From NCBI RefSeq assembly GCF_025526975.1, contig NW_026515704.1, positions 248,001 to 293,611 of the forward strand: a stretch of 45,611 nucleotides of DNA, written 5' to 3'. Shown one piece after another: positions 1 to 11,870 of the stretch. The DNA comes from Fimicolochytrium jonesii (Eukaryota). Position 1 is the stretch's first letter. Each line of letters opens with the position of its first letter. The translations under genes and the position numbers were made by a program. The notes beneath the pieces were generated by a model. It was given only the letters and a program-made list of their open reading frames with translations, made no database searches and was not told where the DNA came from.

Positions 1-48
1 TATATGCGACTGCCCCGTTTCGTTCTCCCGCACCCTAGTTAGCCCTTT

Positions 49-2298
49 ATGCCGACCCCTCGCCCGGCGGCCCACACCTCATCTTCCACATCCTCCTCAC
101 CGCGTCCTGTTCCCACGACCAGCAAATCCGCCGGCCCTCGTGTAAGCAACTCCCCACGAAGCAGAGACAAGGCTCGAAAAGGCACCAGCAGCCACTCTGC
201 ACCGTCTGGCAACGCGAAATACACGCTGGTCGACGAAGACGACGAAACGACGAACGACTTTCTAATGAGTGACGTCAGCCCGGTGAGTGAGTGGGGAATC
301 AGTGCTGTGCTGCCTTGCCATCTGTGTCACCTCCAGTCTGGTCATACTTCCGAATTCTCACGCTGTTTGTTCGTCTATAAGCAGCATCCCAGCAGCTCGC
401 ATAATCGGGATCTTGCACACGGACATGACTCGGATTCCGAGTCGGATTCTGGTCATGGGACGCAACAGAGTGGGGCGGAGTCCGCCAAGTCGTTGATACA
501 AGGAGACAAAAGGTCGTCACGGGGAAAGAAGAAGGGGAGGCGGAATAGGAATGCATCCAGAAATACTGGGGGAGCAGTCGTGTCTCACGCGCCGAGCATC
601 ATGGACGGGTTGGAAGAGCCGTCCACTGAACACGGCGGGCGGTTACTTTATGCGGACTCTCTGGTCAATCCACCCGCCAACTACACGAACCCAGTCGCCC
701 CAGTCACACCTCTGACCGCGACAGAGTTCCTCGCCATCGTTGCAGAAGTGCGAGCTGCCATTGCTGAAGGCATATACCCAACCCTTATCTCGCAAGGCTC
801 GAGCGGTTCCTATTTCTGCAAGAACCGAGCAGGAGAGATCGTCGGCGTGTTCAAGCCGAAGAACGAAGAGCCATATGGACACCTCAACCCGAAATGGACC
901 AAATGGATCCATAAGAATTTGTTCCCGTGTTGTTTCGGAAGGAGCTGCATAATACCTAATCTCGGCTACATCAGTGAAGCCGCCGCGAGCTTCATCGACC
1001 GTCGTTTGGAACTCCGCGTCGTGCCACGGACGGAAGTCATCTACTTGGCCAGCCCAACGTTCTACTACTCGCGAAAAGATTGGAAGGCGTACACGAAGGG
1101 AGGCGAGCTTCCCGAGAAGGTTGGGTCCTTCCAAGTGTTCTTGAAAGGATACAAGGACGCTACCCGGTTTTTCCGCGAAGGATATGAGAAGATGCGGAGA
1201 TCCAACTCCACGTCTCTTCCTGCATCGAACCGCGCGTCGGCGGAGAACCTGCCGCGACAGTTTCGGTCGTCAGGCAATCAGGCCAACGCAAACTCACCTT
1301 ACGAATGGAGCGAGCGCGCGCGAATGGAGTTCCAATGGGGCTTTGAGAGGCTTGCGGTGCTCGATTACCTGATACGGAACACTGATAGAGGACTGGATAA
1401 TTGGATGGTCAAATACGACGAGGCGCGTGATGAAGCGGAAAAGTTGGCGGATTTGGAAGGTGCGATGCAGGGGCCTCGAGGTGCAGAAGCTCCGACGGTA
1501 CCGCCATTGTCAACCACAATCGATATCGCGGACCCGGCTTTCGATTCTGGTCACGATGACGATAGTGCGCCGCTGATCAATGGTGTGGCTGACGCGATAT
1601 CCTCGACTGCCGACAAGCTCCACTCCCGGGTTCCCGATCAGGCGTCCCATGACGTCTCAGCTTCCGGAGATTCCTCAATCGTCGTCGACACCCCCGCCGC
1701 ATCCCCCCACCACACCGGCCTCACCTCCCCCGACTCCCAACCCCCCATCATCCAAGTTGCCGCGATCGACAACGGCCTCGCCTTCCCCTACAAGCACCCG
1801 GACCGCTGGCGCTCCTACCCCTTCGGCTGGTCCTACCTCCCCGCCTCGCGCATCCCCTTCTCGTCCGAAACACGCATGCACGTCCTGCACCTCCTCACCT
1901 CCCCCTCCTGGTGGCGCGAGACGATGGACGGCCTCGAACGCCTGTTCCGCATCGACGCGGATTTCTCTGAACGCATGTGGCGCAAACAGCGCGCGGTTGT
2001 CCGTGGGGAGGGATACAACCTCGTTGAATGCCTCCGACGGTCTGAGACCGGGTCCCTAGGTGGTTCTCCATGGGGCCTTGTGCGAAGGCCGGTGGTTAGT
2101 GTGTATGAGGATGAGACGGATGATTTGGATGAGCCGGAGCTGGAGGGAATGGTGGGTGGCCCGGCGATGGGGATGCGGCCGGGCCGGAGACGGAGTTTTG
2201 TGGAGAGGCAGGTTGGGGGTGGCAAGAGGTTTGTGAGGAAGGTGAAGCAGCGGTTTGAGACGTTCGCGAGGAATCGGCCGTGTTTTGAGAATTGGTAG
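49..2298 (+). CDS. LSB6: Type II phosphatidylinositol 4-kinase
   Basis: Motifs ISQGSSGSYF, VFKPKNEEPYG, CCFGRSC (palmitoylation motif), LDYLIRNTDRGLDNW and AAIDNGLAFP. A probable in-frame 99-nt intron lies at 283-381 (GTGAGT...TAAG). Confidence 0.95.
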   Translation: MPTPRPAAHTSSSTSSSPRPVPTTSKSAGPRVSNSPRSRDKARKGTSSHSAPSGNAKYTLVDEDDETTNDFLMSDVSPVSEWGISAVLPCHLCHLQSGHTSEFSRCLFVYKQHPSSSHNRDLAHGHDSDSESDSGHGTQQSGAESAKSLIQGDKRSSRGKKKGRRNRNASRNTGGAVVSHAPSIMDGLEEPSTEHGGRLLYADSLVNPPANYTNPVAPVTPLTATEFLAIVAEVRAAIAEGIYPTLISQGSSGSYFCKNRAGEIVGVFKPKNEEPYGHLNPKWTKWIHKNLFPCCFGRSCIIPNLGYISEAAASFIDRRLELRVVPRTEVIYLASPTFYYSRKDWKAYTKGGELPEKVGSFQVFLKGYKDATRFFREGYEKMRRSNSTSLPASNRASAENLPRQFRSSGNQANANSPYEWSERARMEFQWGFERLAVLDYLIRNTDRGLDNWMVKYDEARDEAEKLADLEGAMQGPRGAEAPTVPPLSTTIDIADPAFDSGHDDDSAPLINGVADAISSTADKLHSRVPDQASHDVSASGDSSIVVDTPAASPHHTGLTSPDSQPPIIQVAAIDNGLAFPYKHPDRWRSYPFGWSYLPASRIPFSSETRMHVLHLLTSPSWWRETMDGLERLFRIDADFSERMWRKQRAVVRGEGYNLVECLRRSETGSLGGSPWGLVRRPVVSVYEDETDDLDEPELEGMVGGPAMGMRPGRRRSFVERQVGGGKRFVRKVKQRFETFARNRPCFENW

Positions 2299-2831
2299 TT
2301 TTGGTTATGGGATTTAGGCTTGTGCGAGCAATCAAGTCGGTGCCTTCGACTCGGACTCGCTCGTTGCTTTTGAGTCTTCCCATCGCCCGACTCGCACCCT
2401 CCCTTCTCCTGCTCAATCCTCTTGTATCACCTCTCCCCGCTTGGATTCTTTCTGTATACTTCTTTTGAGGCCCCATCACTGTACAGAAAACTATGTATCG
2501 CTCAATCTCAGTTCACATGGAATGCAAACTGAACCCAGACAGACCGAGGATGCGGACGAAAGCACGGGCCAATTTGACCCTTTCCAGAAGATACACCAAG
2601 CATGCAGCAAAAGCATCACCTCAAATTCATTACATGGCTGTTTCGTTCTCAACTAAATTCAGAATTCAAACACAAGAAACCTCAGAACATTGTTTACGGA
2701 CAAAGGTATAGATTACAGCTCCCACAAATAACGTTCCGAGACGGCGTCCATATCGTCCCACTCCAAAAAGCAAAAAAAAGGCAGGGCATCCATATACCAC
2801 CAATCAACACCCCAAAATCCATATCCCTCTC

Positions 2832-3272
2832 TCATCCCACCCTACAACTCATCATCAACAGCCCTCTTAAACCTAAACTTCTTCTCCTCCTCCAAACGCA
2901 CATCACTCTCGGGCGCCGTAACAGTCGAATCATCCACCGAGCGGGGTCCAACAACGGGATAAGTGCGCGGGCCAGATCGACCGGTCGCGAGGCGCGGGTG
3001 GATGATGAAATCCGGGATGTGTTCGTGGCCGGAGCCGCCGGAACGACGGCTGAGATGCGGGAGGCCGCCGCCGAGGTGGGAGGGGGGTGGTTGGAGTGGG
3101 TGTTGGTCTGAGGCCTTAAGAAGGAGGCGGCAGGGGTTAACTGGGGTGGATGATGAGGAGAGGGTAGAAGGAGGAGGGCACTTACTTTCACTGGCGCAGT
3201 GAAGAAGTCGACGACGGCGAAGATGACGAGGACAAATGTCCAGAAAACTTTGACGTACCACGTGGTGTGCAT
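2832..3272 (-). CDS. Hypothetical small protein with an N-terminal hydrophobic segment
   Basis: ATG at 3272, TM-like VFWTFVLVIFAVVDFF, then a GTAAGT...CCCCAG intron-like segment. The downstream frame is uncertain and no family was recognised. Confidence 0.35.
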   Translation of the reverse strand: MHTTWYVKVFWTFVLVIFAVVDFFTAPVKVSALLLLPSPHHPPQLTPAASFLRPQTNTHSNHPPPTSAAASRISAVVPAAPATNTSRISSSTRASRPVDLARALIPLLDPARWMIRLLRRPRVMCVWRRRRSLGLRGLLMMSCRVG

Positions 3273-4634
3273 TATGTGTATCTGCTCCGTAAGATGGCTT
3301 GGTGGTTGCTAATGCGTTCGGGTAGGTCTCTTGTAATTGTGAAAGAGTGTATTGCGAAAAAAAAGGAGCTTGGGTGAAAATGGGGGTGCAACGGGAGTAA
3401 ACAAGCTGCTGCGCGGGTGAGCGCCTCTCGCGTTCACAAGTCGTGACGTGAGCAGATGCACGCCTCAGAACTTGGACGCTCCTCGGGCTTCAAAATCTAT
3501 ACAAGGACGGTTGACTTAACCCCCCCTAAACATGGACCGAGCTCGGATATTCATTAGTTCTGCAAAAGATGGTGCTCATTCGAGAGAGCAGAACCGGAGC
3601 AAGGCGACCGACTCCGGCTAGCCCGCGAAATCCACTTAGCATACATTCATCTTCAAAGTCAGTTCCGTAAAAGGCGAATATGGATCGAAGCGTCTTGCGA
3701 GCCGGTTTTGACCAGTATAGCGTCTGGCGGGATACTAGCATGCCACCAGCGTAGCCGCAAGATCAGCAAAAGCGACATTAAATGTAAGTGTGGAAGCTCA
3801 TTAGTGGCGTTGAGATACTTTTCGGTGATGCGTTTGGTGTCAACTTCCCGTCCAAGTCAGTTCGTGAGGCGCATTGGTCATCCGACTCACAATCGGGTAA
3901 GTACATTGGTGATAACGTTCTTTAATGTGGTTGCCGAGCACGGTTGTTCCTTCGTATTTCAACGTGCTGTAACCCATTTGGCAAACAATCCCATGCTTTG
4001 TTCCCTTATTTTGTAGATGCTCGTGAGAGCTTTGGCGTCACCCAGAAGTAGACACCAGTGCCGGGGCCATGAGCAAGGCCATGGTAACCCAACTCGCTTC
4101 AAAAATACGATTGACAGTAAGATTGGACATGCGAGTAAGTTTAGCCTAGTTGCCAAACTAAGCAGAACTGATACTTGATGATTGATGATCTTGCAAAGGT
4201 AGTGGGAAACCTCACCCAAAGACCCTGTATGTGGAGTAATGGAGAAAGGTGCCCTTACGGAGCGGGTAACCTAAAGGGGCAGGAAGCCTCTTACAGTCAT
4301 TTACTCCTTTTGGTTACTCATCACCCAAACGCATTGGCATCACCAGAGAACCCGTAATTGGCCAGCTTCTTGACAGCATGACAGCATACGTTCAGCTGTC
4401 AATCTCTTTTGGCTCATCATGCACACCACGCCAACAGCCCGGCCTTTCCATCCTGCGGCCATCGCACAGGTATATCATTCGATTGGATCAGAAAAACCAA
4501 AATCACTGGTGATTCGTCAAAGGTATCTATATATATGTCTAAACGATATACCTACATTGAATCTACATTATGATAAGACAGGATTCGCCCGAGTCAAGTT
4601 ATGATAAGCTTCCAATGCAAAGCGATAGTTGTGC

Positions 4635-6404
4635 CTATCCGTCGTTTATCCCGTTCAGCTGGCTCTTAACGGCAGCATCCACCAGCCCCAGGACTTCTTC
4701 GTGCGGGATCCAGATCCACTCCTCGTTCTGCCAGCCCCGTGCGTCGCCGTCGCCTTGCTTTGCGGGACGCCAGCCTTTCGGGACGGGTTTCCCACGGTAT
4801 TTTTTCTCATACTCCTCCTTCCACATCGCTTTCCCAATGAAGTGCACGAGGCCGCGCATGCGGGACATCCGGCGGAACCCTCGGGACCCGAACACGGGTG
4901 GAAGGATCTCCACGACCGCCGAGTCTGGCCGCATCACCATCGTGAAGCTCATGCCGGCGCCGTGGTGGCCGACCAGCACGTCCGAAGCGTGGATGAGCCG
5001 GACCTGTTCCTTCTTGGACATGGTGCCCAAGTCGACAACGTTGACCTGAAACCCCGGGTGCTGCGCACGTATCGATTCGACCAGTTGGTCGATGTGGCGG
5101 AACTTGCGCGTCTTGGCCCGCTGAATCACTGTGATCGTCGGCTGGCGATGGATGTCGGCCGCTGAGCGCTCCTTCAATCCGTAGAACTTGAAGATCCAGC
5201 GCACGAATGTCGACAGCAGCGTCTCGCGCCGGCACGTCTCGTACGTGGCGCTGAGCAGGGCCGACCAGAACGGGCTGGCCCAGCCGACTGTCCCGATGAC
5301 CACGTCGTAACAGGTGTCTGGCGAGAGCTGGGAGTAGCGCAAGGGCGTTCGGCCGGTCAGCATCTTCCATTCCGCATCCCATGGCCCTTTGCGATTGTCG
5401 GGGAAAACCACCAGCGCCTTTTTGATTTGCTCCTCCGTCAAGAGCGGATTTCCCGTAGCGGGATCGATGGCGATGCGCATCGCGTCGTATGACAGCTTGT
5501 TCTGCCAAAGCTCCATCAGCCTATGCCATACATTGTCATTATGCTCCTTCAGCGCCGGATAGATGATCAGCTGCCTCTTGCTGGTATTTTTGTCACACCG
5601 GAGCGTGCTATTGCCCTCCAACATGGCTCCGTAGCTGACTTCCGGAATAGGGGTCCCATAAATGACAGGCCGCTTCACCTGGGGACCAGTGCATTGTGCG
5701 TGGAACTTGCGCTCGGTCTGGTTGAAGGTCACGCCCTGCAGCAGATAGACGGGCGTGGCGCCAGTGAGTTTCCTATGGTGCGGGTGCGTCTGGACGGCGA
5801 ATCCGTGCACCCGAGAGCCGCCGTCACATAGCGTTTCCGAACTGTTTGCGATGTTGTACACGTAGTCGTCTGTGAAGAACGACTGGCAGAGCTCGTCGTC
5901 CTTCGACTTGTACTCATCCGGTAGGTCCAGGTACGGCCGCCGTTCCACTTTACGACCCTCTGCGGGGACGACGCGGGTCCGGGAAAGCGCCGAGGGGTTA
6001 ATTTTTGACGAAGGGGCGACGGCCTTCAGACTCGATGCAGTTGCGGTGGGAGCTCGATCCAAGTTCTGGGGAACAGTGGGAACAGTGAGAACTGCTGGTG
6101 GCGGACCGCTGGGAGTTCGGTCCAATTTCTTGGGAACAGTGGGAACAGTGAGCACTGCTGGTGGTGGACCGGGGGCAGCGTGTCTGGGGTTCGATGCAGA
6201 AGCGTGTGCCGATGGAGCTCGCTGCAACTTCTCCGGGACGGTGAGCACCGGTATCGCTGCCGTTGCGACCGCCGAAGTCCTTCTTGCAAAGACGCTTGAA
6301 GCAGTGTAGTAGTATGAATACCCGGTTGCGGTGAGGAGCAGGACGGTCGCGGCCAGCCGGACAAACTTCCTATGTCGCCAGGGTGCGACTGCGGCGACGG
6401 TCAT
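4635..6404 (-). CDS. Glycosyltransferase family 61 (DUF563 / EOGT-like), type II membrane protein
   Basis: Intronless 589-aa ORF with an N-terminal TM anchor and Pro/Thr-rich stem. The C-terminal GT61 signature reads ITVIQR...RKF...VVDLGTMSKKEQVRLIHASDVLVGHHGAGMSFTMVMRPDSAVVEI. Confidence 0.85.
   Translation of the reverse strand: MTVAAVAPWRHRKFVRLAATVLLLTATGYSYYYTASSVFARRTSAVATAAIPVLTVPEKLQRAPSAHASASNPRHAAPGPPPAVLTVPTVPKKLDRTPSGPPPAVLTVPTVPQNLDRAPTATASSLKAVAPSSKINPSALSRTRVVPAEGRKVERRPYLDLPDEYKSKDDELCQSFFTDDYVYNIANSSETLCDGGSRVHGFAVQTHPHHRKLTGATPVYLLQGVTFNQTERKFHAQCTGPQVKRPVIYGTPIPEVSYGAMLEGNSTLRCDKNTSKRQLIIYPALKEHNDNVWHRLMELWQNKLSYDAMRIAIDPATGNPLLTEEQIKKALVVFPDNRKGPWDAEWKMLTGRTPLRYSQLSPDTCYDVVIGTVGWASPFWSALLSATYETCRRETLLSTFVRWIFKFYGLKERSAADIHRQPTITVIQRAKTRKFRHIDQLVESIRAQHPGFQVNVVDLGTMSKKEQVRLIHASDVLVGHHGAGMSFTMVMRPDSAVVEILPPVFGSRGFRRMSRMRGLVHFIGKAMWKEEYEKKYRGKPVPKGWRPAKQGDGDARGWQNEEWIWIPHEEVLGLVDAAVKSQLNGINDG
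6049..6251. repeat. 63-bp coding tandem repeat in the GT61 stem (PPPAVLTVPTVP-x-x-LDR), two copies plus a diverged third
   Basis: Units start at 6049 and 6112 (period 63), with a degenerate copy from ~6214. Confidence 0.85.
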
Positions 6405-8205
6405 CGTCGGCGGGGCTGATGGCGGAAGGCGGGCGAATGAGAAGGCAACGGAGAGCAGACAACGAGCGGACAGAGGTTGGAGCGCAACATCACGTTGCGA
6501 AAAGGCCGAGACGATCTATTACATATAGGCCAGCCCTGCACCGTGGGGCGGCCGATATGGACATTGAGGCGTCAAAGCGTCTCTCATAGTGCAAGCCCAC
6601 TTCCTTTTCCGGCTCGTAATAATACCTCGTCTAAGTCCATCGTAAATTTAAAGTGCGTGCACAGGAAAAATTTGAGTTTTCTGCGGTCGAGATGCGGCCA
6701 TTTGTGGTCATACCGTATCCAGCTGCAGCTGCATGCAAGTGGGTTTGCGGGCCACTCGGAAGCCAAAACCTTTCCAGTGTGAACAGTCAACACTGGATGG
6801 AGGATGGGGGAGCTGTGGGGAAGCGAAGTTGAACGTTCCAAGCCTGCCATTCACCTGCCATTCGTCCATTTGCTCCAGGCAAGTCCGTGAGACGCTTGAC
6901 CGCCACCTCCCAGAACCCCTTCGGTATATACATACTCTACACAGATCTCTCTGCCGTCCCTCACGAAACTCTGGATCCCGCCTCTCGGACGCAGAATGTC
7001 TAACCGTAAGCTCGCGAGCAGCTTTCGTAAGGCTTCTGCGCGGGTTTGTTTACTCCCGCGCTCAATCGTGACGTGAGCATATTACCTCTAGAAACCCCTC
7101 AGTCTTGCGCCCTTAGTTCCGCAAAACGATGGGGCGGATGAGCTAGGCTGATGAGGAGGGCGGAGGTTCCAGTTGGCAACAAGTCTCTGCAGTGTGCTAA
7201 ACACCTGCCATACAAATGGGTGAGCTGATTTACATGCGCATATCGCCCGTAGCAGTTTCAGAGGTGTGCGAGCAAAGCGCACGGACTTCTTCAGTCCAAA
7301 GGTGGTCCTGAGAAACGAGAGAGGTTTCGCAATGCAGAAAGATGCAGAGCGAGCGTGTCGGCGATCTTAACCTTCTAATTCTATCAGCAACAGGCAACAG
7401 ATCAGCCAGCATCATATTGAGCCTTCACAGAACGGAGGTATCTTTTAGAGGGCCATGCGGGAAAGCATCAGGGAGAGGAAAGAGGGTACCTGCCCTCACA
7501 ATTTCAACGACCTCCAGGACCTTTTCTTTTACATATACATTCGTTCGCAATCTGCGCTTCACAGCCTTCATATATTTGATATGGTACCTTGAATCAATGC
7601 ATTAGAAGCACTATGCAACAAAAAACGGTGTTTTTCCATTTCCCAGCAGGAATATCGGGAAGGAAGAGAAAGTGTGGGGAAGGAAACTTCATTGCTTTGA
7701 CTTACGCCAATCGTGTAAGCATACCTAGGAAGCTCAAAGGATTGGCATAAGTAGAGCAACGTTAGCCTGCGTAATATGCTGATGTCCCTCGGAAACTTCG
7801 TCTGTTCAGCGTTAGTGCTGTTCACCGCCCTCTTCTCCCGACAATAAGGAAGATCGCTTTCCTTCCTAAATCAGGCCATCTTCCTGTCCGATGCCAAATC
7901 TTGAAGCAAAAGCGATGTCGTTGGAAACCATTTTACGCCACATTCGGCACATGCTACGCTTCCTGGCGGTTTGGCGTTGCGAATCGTGATTTACTTCCAT
8001 ATCTGTTGTATGTAAATCGTATGTGCGTAGCCCGCTCGACTTCCCAAAATAATTACGAAGACATACAAATTTCACGTATCAGATAAACAAACCACTTCCT
8101 CCCACTTCGCATTCCGGAACCCCCCCCCTCCAAAAAGAAAATAACGCTCCATCGCCTTCACTACAATATACTAATATACATATGCGACCTACGGCAACCT
8201 TTCCT

Positions 8206-11200
8206 TCATGCCACATTTGGCACATGGTTTTTAACAATGAGCAACGTGCCCTGGCCGTTGGGCAGCGTTTGCGTAGTTACTTTCACTGTTTCGCCGTCGC
8301 GGATGGAGCCCTCTGTGCACGTGAAGTAGATAGATGATAATGAGCAGGTTGAACATGCGGCTTGTGATGTGGAGTGATTATTGGACTTACCGATGAGGGC
8401 CTCGGCCAGGGGACTCATGAGCCGCTTCTGTATGACTCGGTTGAGCGGTCGTGCGCCTATCAAGAGGGATTTTGTCAGTCTCAATGCAAGAACTCCGAAC
8501 GCATTCCGCGCCTGGCCATCAGAGACGACCAACATACCATAAGCAGGATCATACCCCTCCTCCGCCAACCACTCCTTCGCCGCATCGTCCACATCCAGCG
8601 TCAGTTTATGGTCCTGCACGCGTTTAGCAACGTCTTTGATGCGCACGTCCACGATGTCGCGGATGCGGGCGCGGGAGAGGCGGTTGAAGACTACTAGTTC
8701 GTCCACTCTGGTAGTGCGGAAAAGGAGAGTTGTTTTATGATCAGTATGAGGAAGTGTGATGTGGACGAATGGAAGGGGACTTGCCTGTTGATGAATTCCG
8801 GAGGGAAGTGTTCACGGACTGCGCCGAGAACTTGCGCTTTGGCTTGGGTGGTCAGCTCGCCTTCGGGTTGGAGGGTCAGGTAGTCGGCACCTAGAAAGCG
8901 GATTATGTTAATTTCTCAGTCTGGGCGTTCCCACTGAGCTATGAAAGTAACATACCTAGGTTCGACGTCATGATGATGATGGTGTTGCGGAAGTCGACCT
9001 TGCGGCCTTGCGAGTCGGTTAAAAAGCCGTCGTCTAGGACTATCGTTTGTACGATCGCAGGAATGATGAGGCAATGGAAACAGTCAGTGAATGTGATCAC
9101 TAATACAATCTAGCCAATAGAAACAGTGATGAAGCCTACCTTGCAGAAGGATATTGTTCACCTCCCGATGCGCCTTCTCTATCTCATCCAGTAGCACGAC
9201 CGAATACGGTTTTCGGCGTACGGCTTCCGTCAACTCGCCGCCTTCCTCGTACCCGACATAGCCCGGGGGCGCGCCGATGAGCCTTGACACGGAGAACTTC
9301 TCCATGTATTCGCTGGGAAAATGTTTGTCATGTTTAGTACACTTCTCCAACAAAGTTTTACGTTCAACTTGACCCTCACCTCATATCAATCCGGACAATG
9401 GCCGACTCCGTATCAAACAAAAACTGTGCCAACGCTTTGCACAGCTCCGTCTTTCCCACTCCCGTGGGTCCCAAAAACATAAACGACGCAACCGGCCTAG
9501 TCTGCGACTGCAACCCCGCCCTACTCAACCTTACAGCCTCCGTCACAGCCTCAATCGCCTCATTTTGCCCAACCACCCTCTGCTTCAAAGCCTCCTGCAT
9601 ATGCAACAACTTCTCCCGCTCGCCTTTCATCAGCGTCTGCACGGGGATCCCCGTAGCTTTCGCGACCACTTTCGCGATATCGTTAGCCGTAACGCGTTCG
9701 TGGAGGAGACGTTCAGGGCCTTCGGTTTCCTCAGTGTCTTGAGGGATCTGACGTTCTAGCGCTGGGATTTCTTGATAGAGGAGTTGGGAGGCCCGGGTGA
9801 GGTCGCCGTCGCGTTGAGCTTTTTCGAAGTCGACGCGCGCTTGTTCGAGCCTTTGTTTGATGGTTTTGATCTCGTTGATGCGGGCCCGCTCGGTCTCCCA
9901 GATTTTGGTGAGCTCGTCTTGTTGGCGTTTTTTGTCTGATAGCTCGTTTTCGAGTTTCTCGCGGCGTTCTTGGGAGACTGCGTCTCGTTCCTGCAGAGGA
10001 TCATGTTAATAGTGGTAGGTGCATTGACACGTCGCTCTGCACAGGCAATTAGGTGGCTTACATTCTTCAGAGACTCGAGTTCGATCTCCGTCGTCAAGAT
10101 TTGCCGCTCCAGGTTCTCCAGCGCTTCTGGCTTACTCTCCTGCGCCAGACGAAGCGCCGAGCAGGCTTCGTCGACGAGGTCAATGGCTTTGTCCGGTAAG
10201 AACCGGTCGCTGAAAGGACAAGAACATGTAAACCACCGGGACGCATCGCAGAGGCGCCATGGTGCAAGAGGCAAAACGAGGCAAAAGCACTTACGTGATG
10301 TAGCGATGCGAGTACTGGGCGGCCATGACTAATGCGCTGTCGGCAACCCGCACTCCGTGATGGACTTCATATTTCTCTTTCACTGGTTTGAGCAACAGTA
10401 GAGTCAGTGTCCACCTTTCAAACTAAATGACGGCAATTGTACAACAAACAAAAAACACTTACATCCACGCAAGATCGAAATCGTCTCCTCAACAGTCGGC
10501 TCCCTCACAAGAACCGACTGAAACCGCCTCGCCAATGCCGCATCCTTCTCGATGTACTTTCGATACTCGTTGATGGTGGTGGCGCCCGCGCAGTGCAACG
10601 TGCCGCGAGCCAGCGCTGGTTTGAGCATGTTGCTGGCGTCCATGCCGCCTTCGCCTTTACCGAGGCCGAAGAGGGTGTGGAGCTCTGTGGGAAGAGGGGG
10701 CGGTGAGTGACAGAGTAGGTTCGAGTCCTCTCAGACGGGGACTTACCATCAATGAAGAGCACAATCTTGCCCTCTTCAGCCTGCACGTCGGTCAACACCG
10801 CTTTCAGTCGTTCTTCAAATTCACCTCTAGAACGGCCGCATTGCCTCAATATCTCAGCTTCACCCGCCTCCCGCACGCTCTCCTAACTGAAAGCTTACCG
10901 ATACTTGCTCCCGGCAACAAGCTGCCCTAGATCAAGCGCAATCACCCTTTTGCCCTTCATGCTTTCCGGCACTTCCCCTTTGACAACGCGCTGCGCTAAA
11001 CCTTCGATGATGGCGGTCTTCCCCGCTCCGGCTTCGCCTATGAGCACTGGGTTGTTCTTTGTTCGGCGACACAATCTGTTGTATGGTGCATCAATATCCT
11101 GTGCGTTGGTAAGGGCAATGATGCAAAACAATGCACTTACACTTGTATTGTACGCCTAATTTCCTCATCTGCATTCGGAGAGAGCGGGATTAATCGTATT

Positions 11201-11642
11201 GGACATCTTCTCCAATACCTTGTAAAAGCATTCTCCCGCGATCTATTCCCCTTACCTCTTCCAATGACAGGATCCAACTTCCCGTGCGCGGCAAGCTCCG
11301 TCAAATCGACCCCAAACTGCTTCAACGCGGCTCCTTTCTCAGGCGCCTGATTCGGGTTCATGTTCATGCGGAAAGGCATTCCGCCCATGTTTCCACCACC
11401 TGCCAGCAATACGCTCGGTCAGTATCGCGTCAGAAGTATCACCTGCATTTTCAAGATGTGGGTAGATCACCTGGCCCATGTTGGTGTCTAACATGTGGAA
11501 CGAAAGCACTTCCCACAGGGTGAATGACAACCGCACTTCGCAACAGCAAGGAGGCTGGCGCTCTCGCAAGAGCTGCCTGTGGTTCCAGGAGCCGTAGGGC
11601 TCTTGCTTGTTTGATGCAGTTCAGTCGAAGCGGTTTGAGCAT
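8206..11642 (-). CDS. HSP78: Mitochondrial ClpB-type disaggregase Hsp78 (multi-exon)
   Basis: Basic presequence and no ClpB N-domain. Motifs [83 protein letters not shown] and [10 protein letters not shown] lie across GT-AG-bounded exons. Confidence 0.93.
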
Positions 11643-11847
11643 CTTGATACTCTTGTTTCGGAATTCCAAGGTTGACCAGTGCGGTGGTGTCGCCTATTTT
11701 CTGACTATTCAAAGTGTTGTCCTGAACAAGGTTCACTTGATCTTATCCTTCACTCCCTTCACTGCTGCACCTCTCTCCCGGTGATGGCAGGTCATATATA
11801 TTGCGCCTAATGTGGGGGGGGATATCAAGTTCCGAACGCGGCGGTCG

Positions 11848-11870
11848 TTCTCCAACGCTCCAGAAATTTC
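11848..11870. promoter_or_regulatory. Degenerate heat-shock element upstream of HSP78
   Basis: In-phase TTC-nn-cAA-nn-cTC-nn-GAA-nn-TTC about 200 bp upstream of the HSP78 ATG, with a TATA-like ATATATAT at 11794-11801. Confidence 0.55.

Noticed and set aside
7100..8100. Short ORFs flanking the GT61 island (also 3500-4600)
   Set aside because: No recognisable homology; they may be decayed sequence but cannot be supported.
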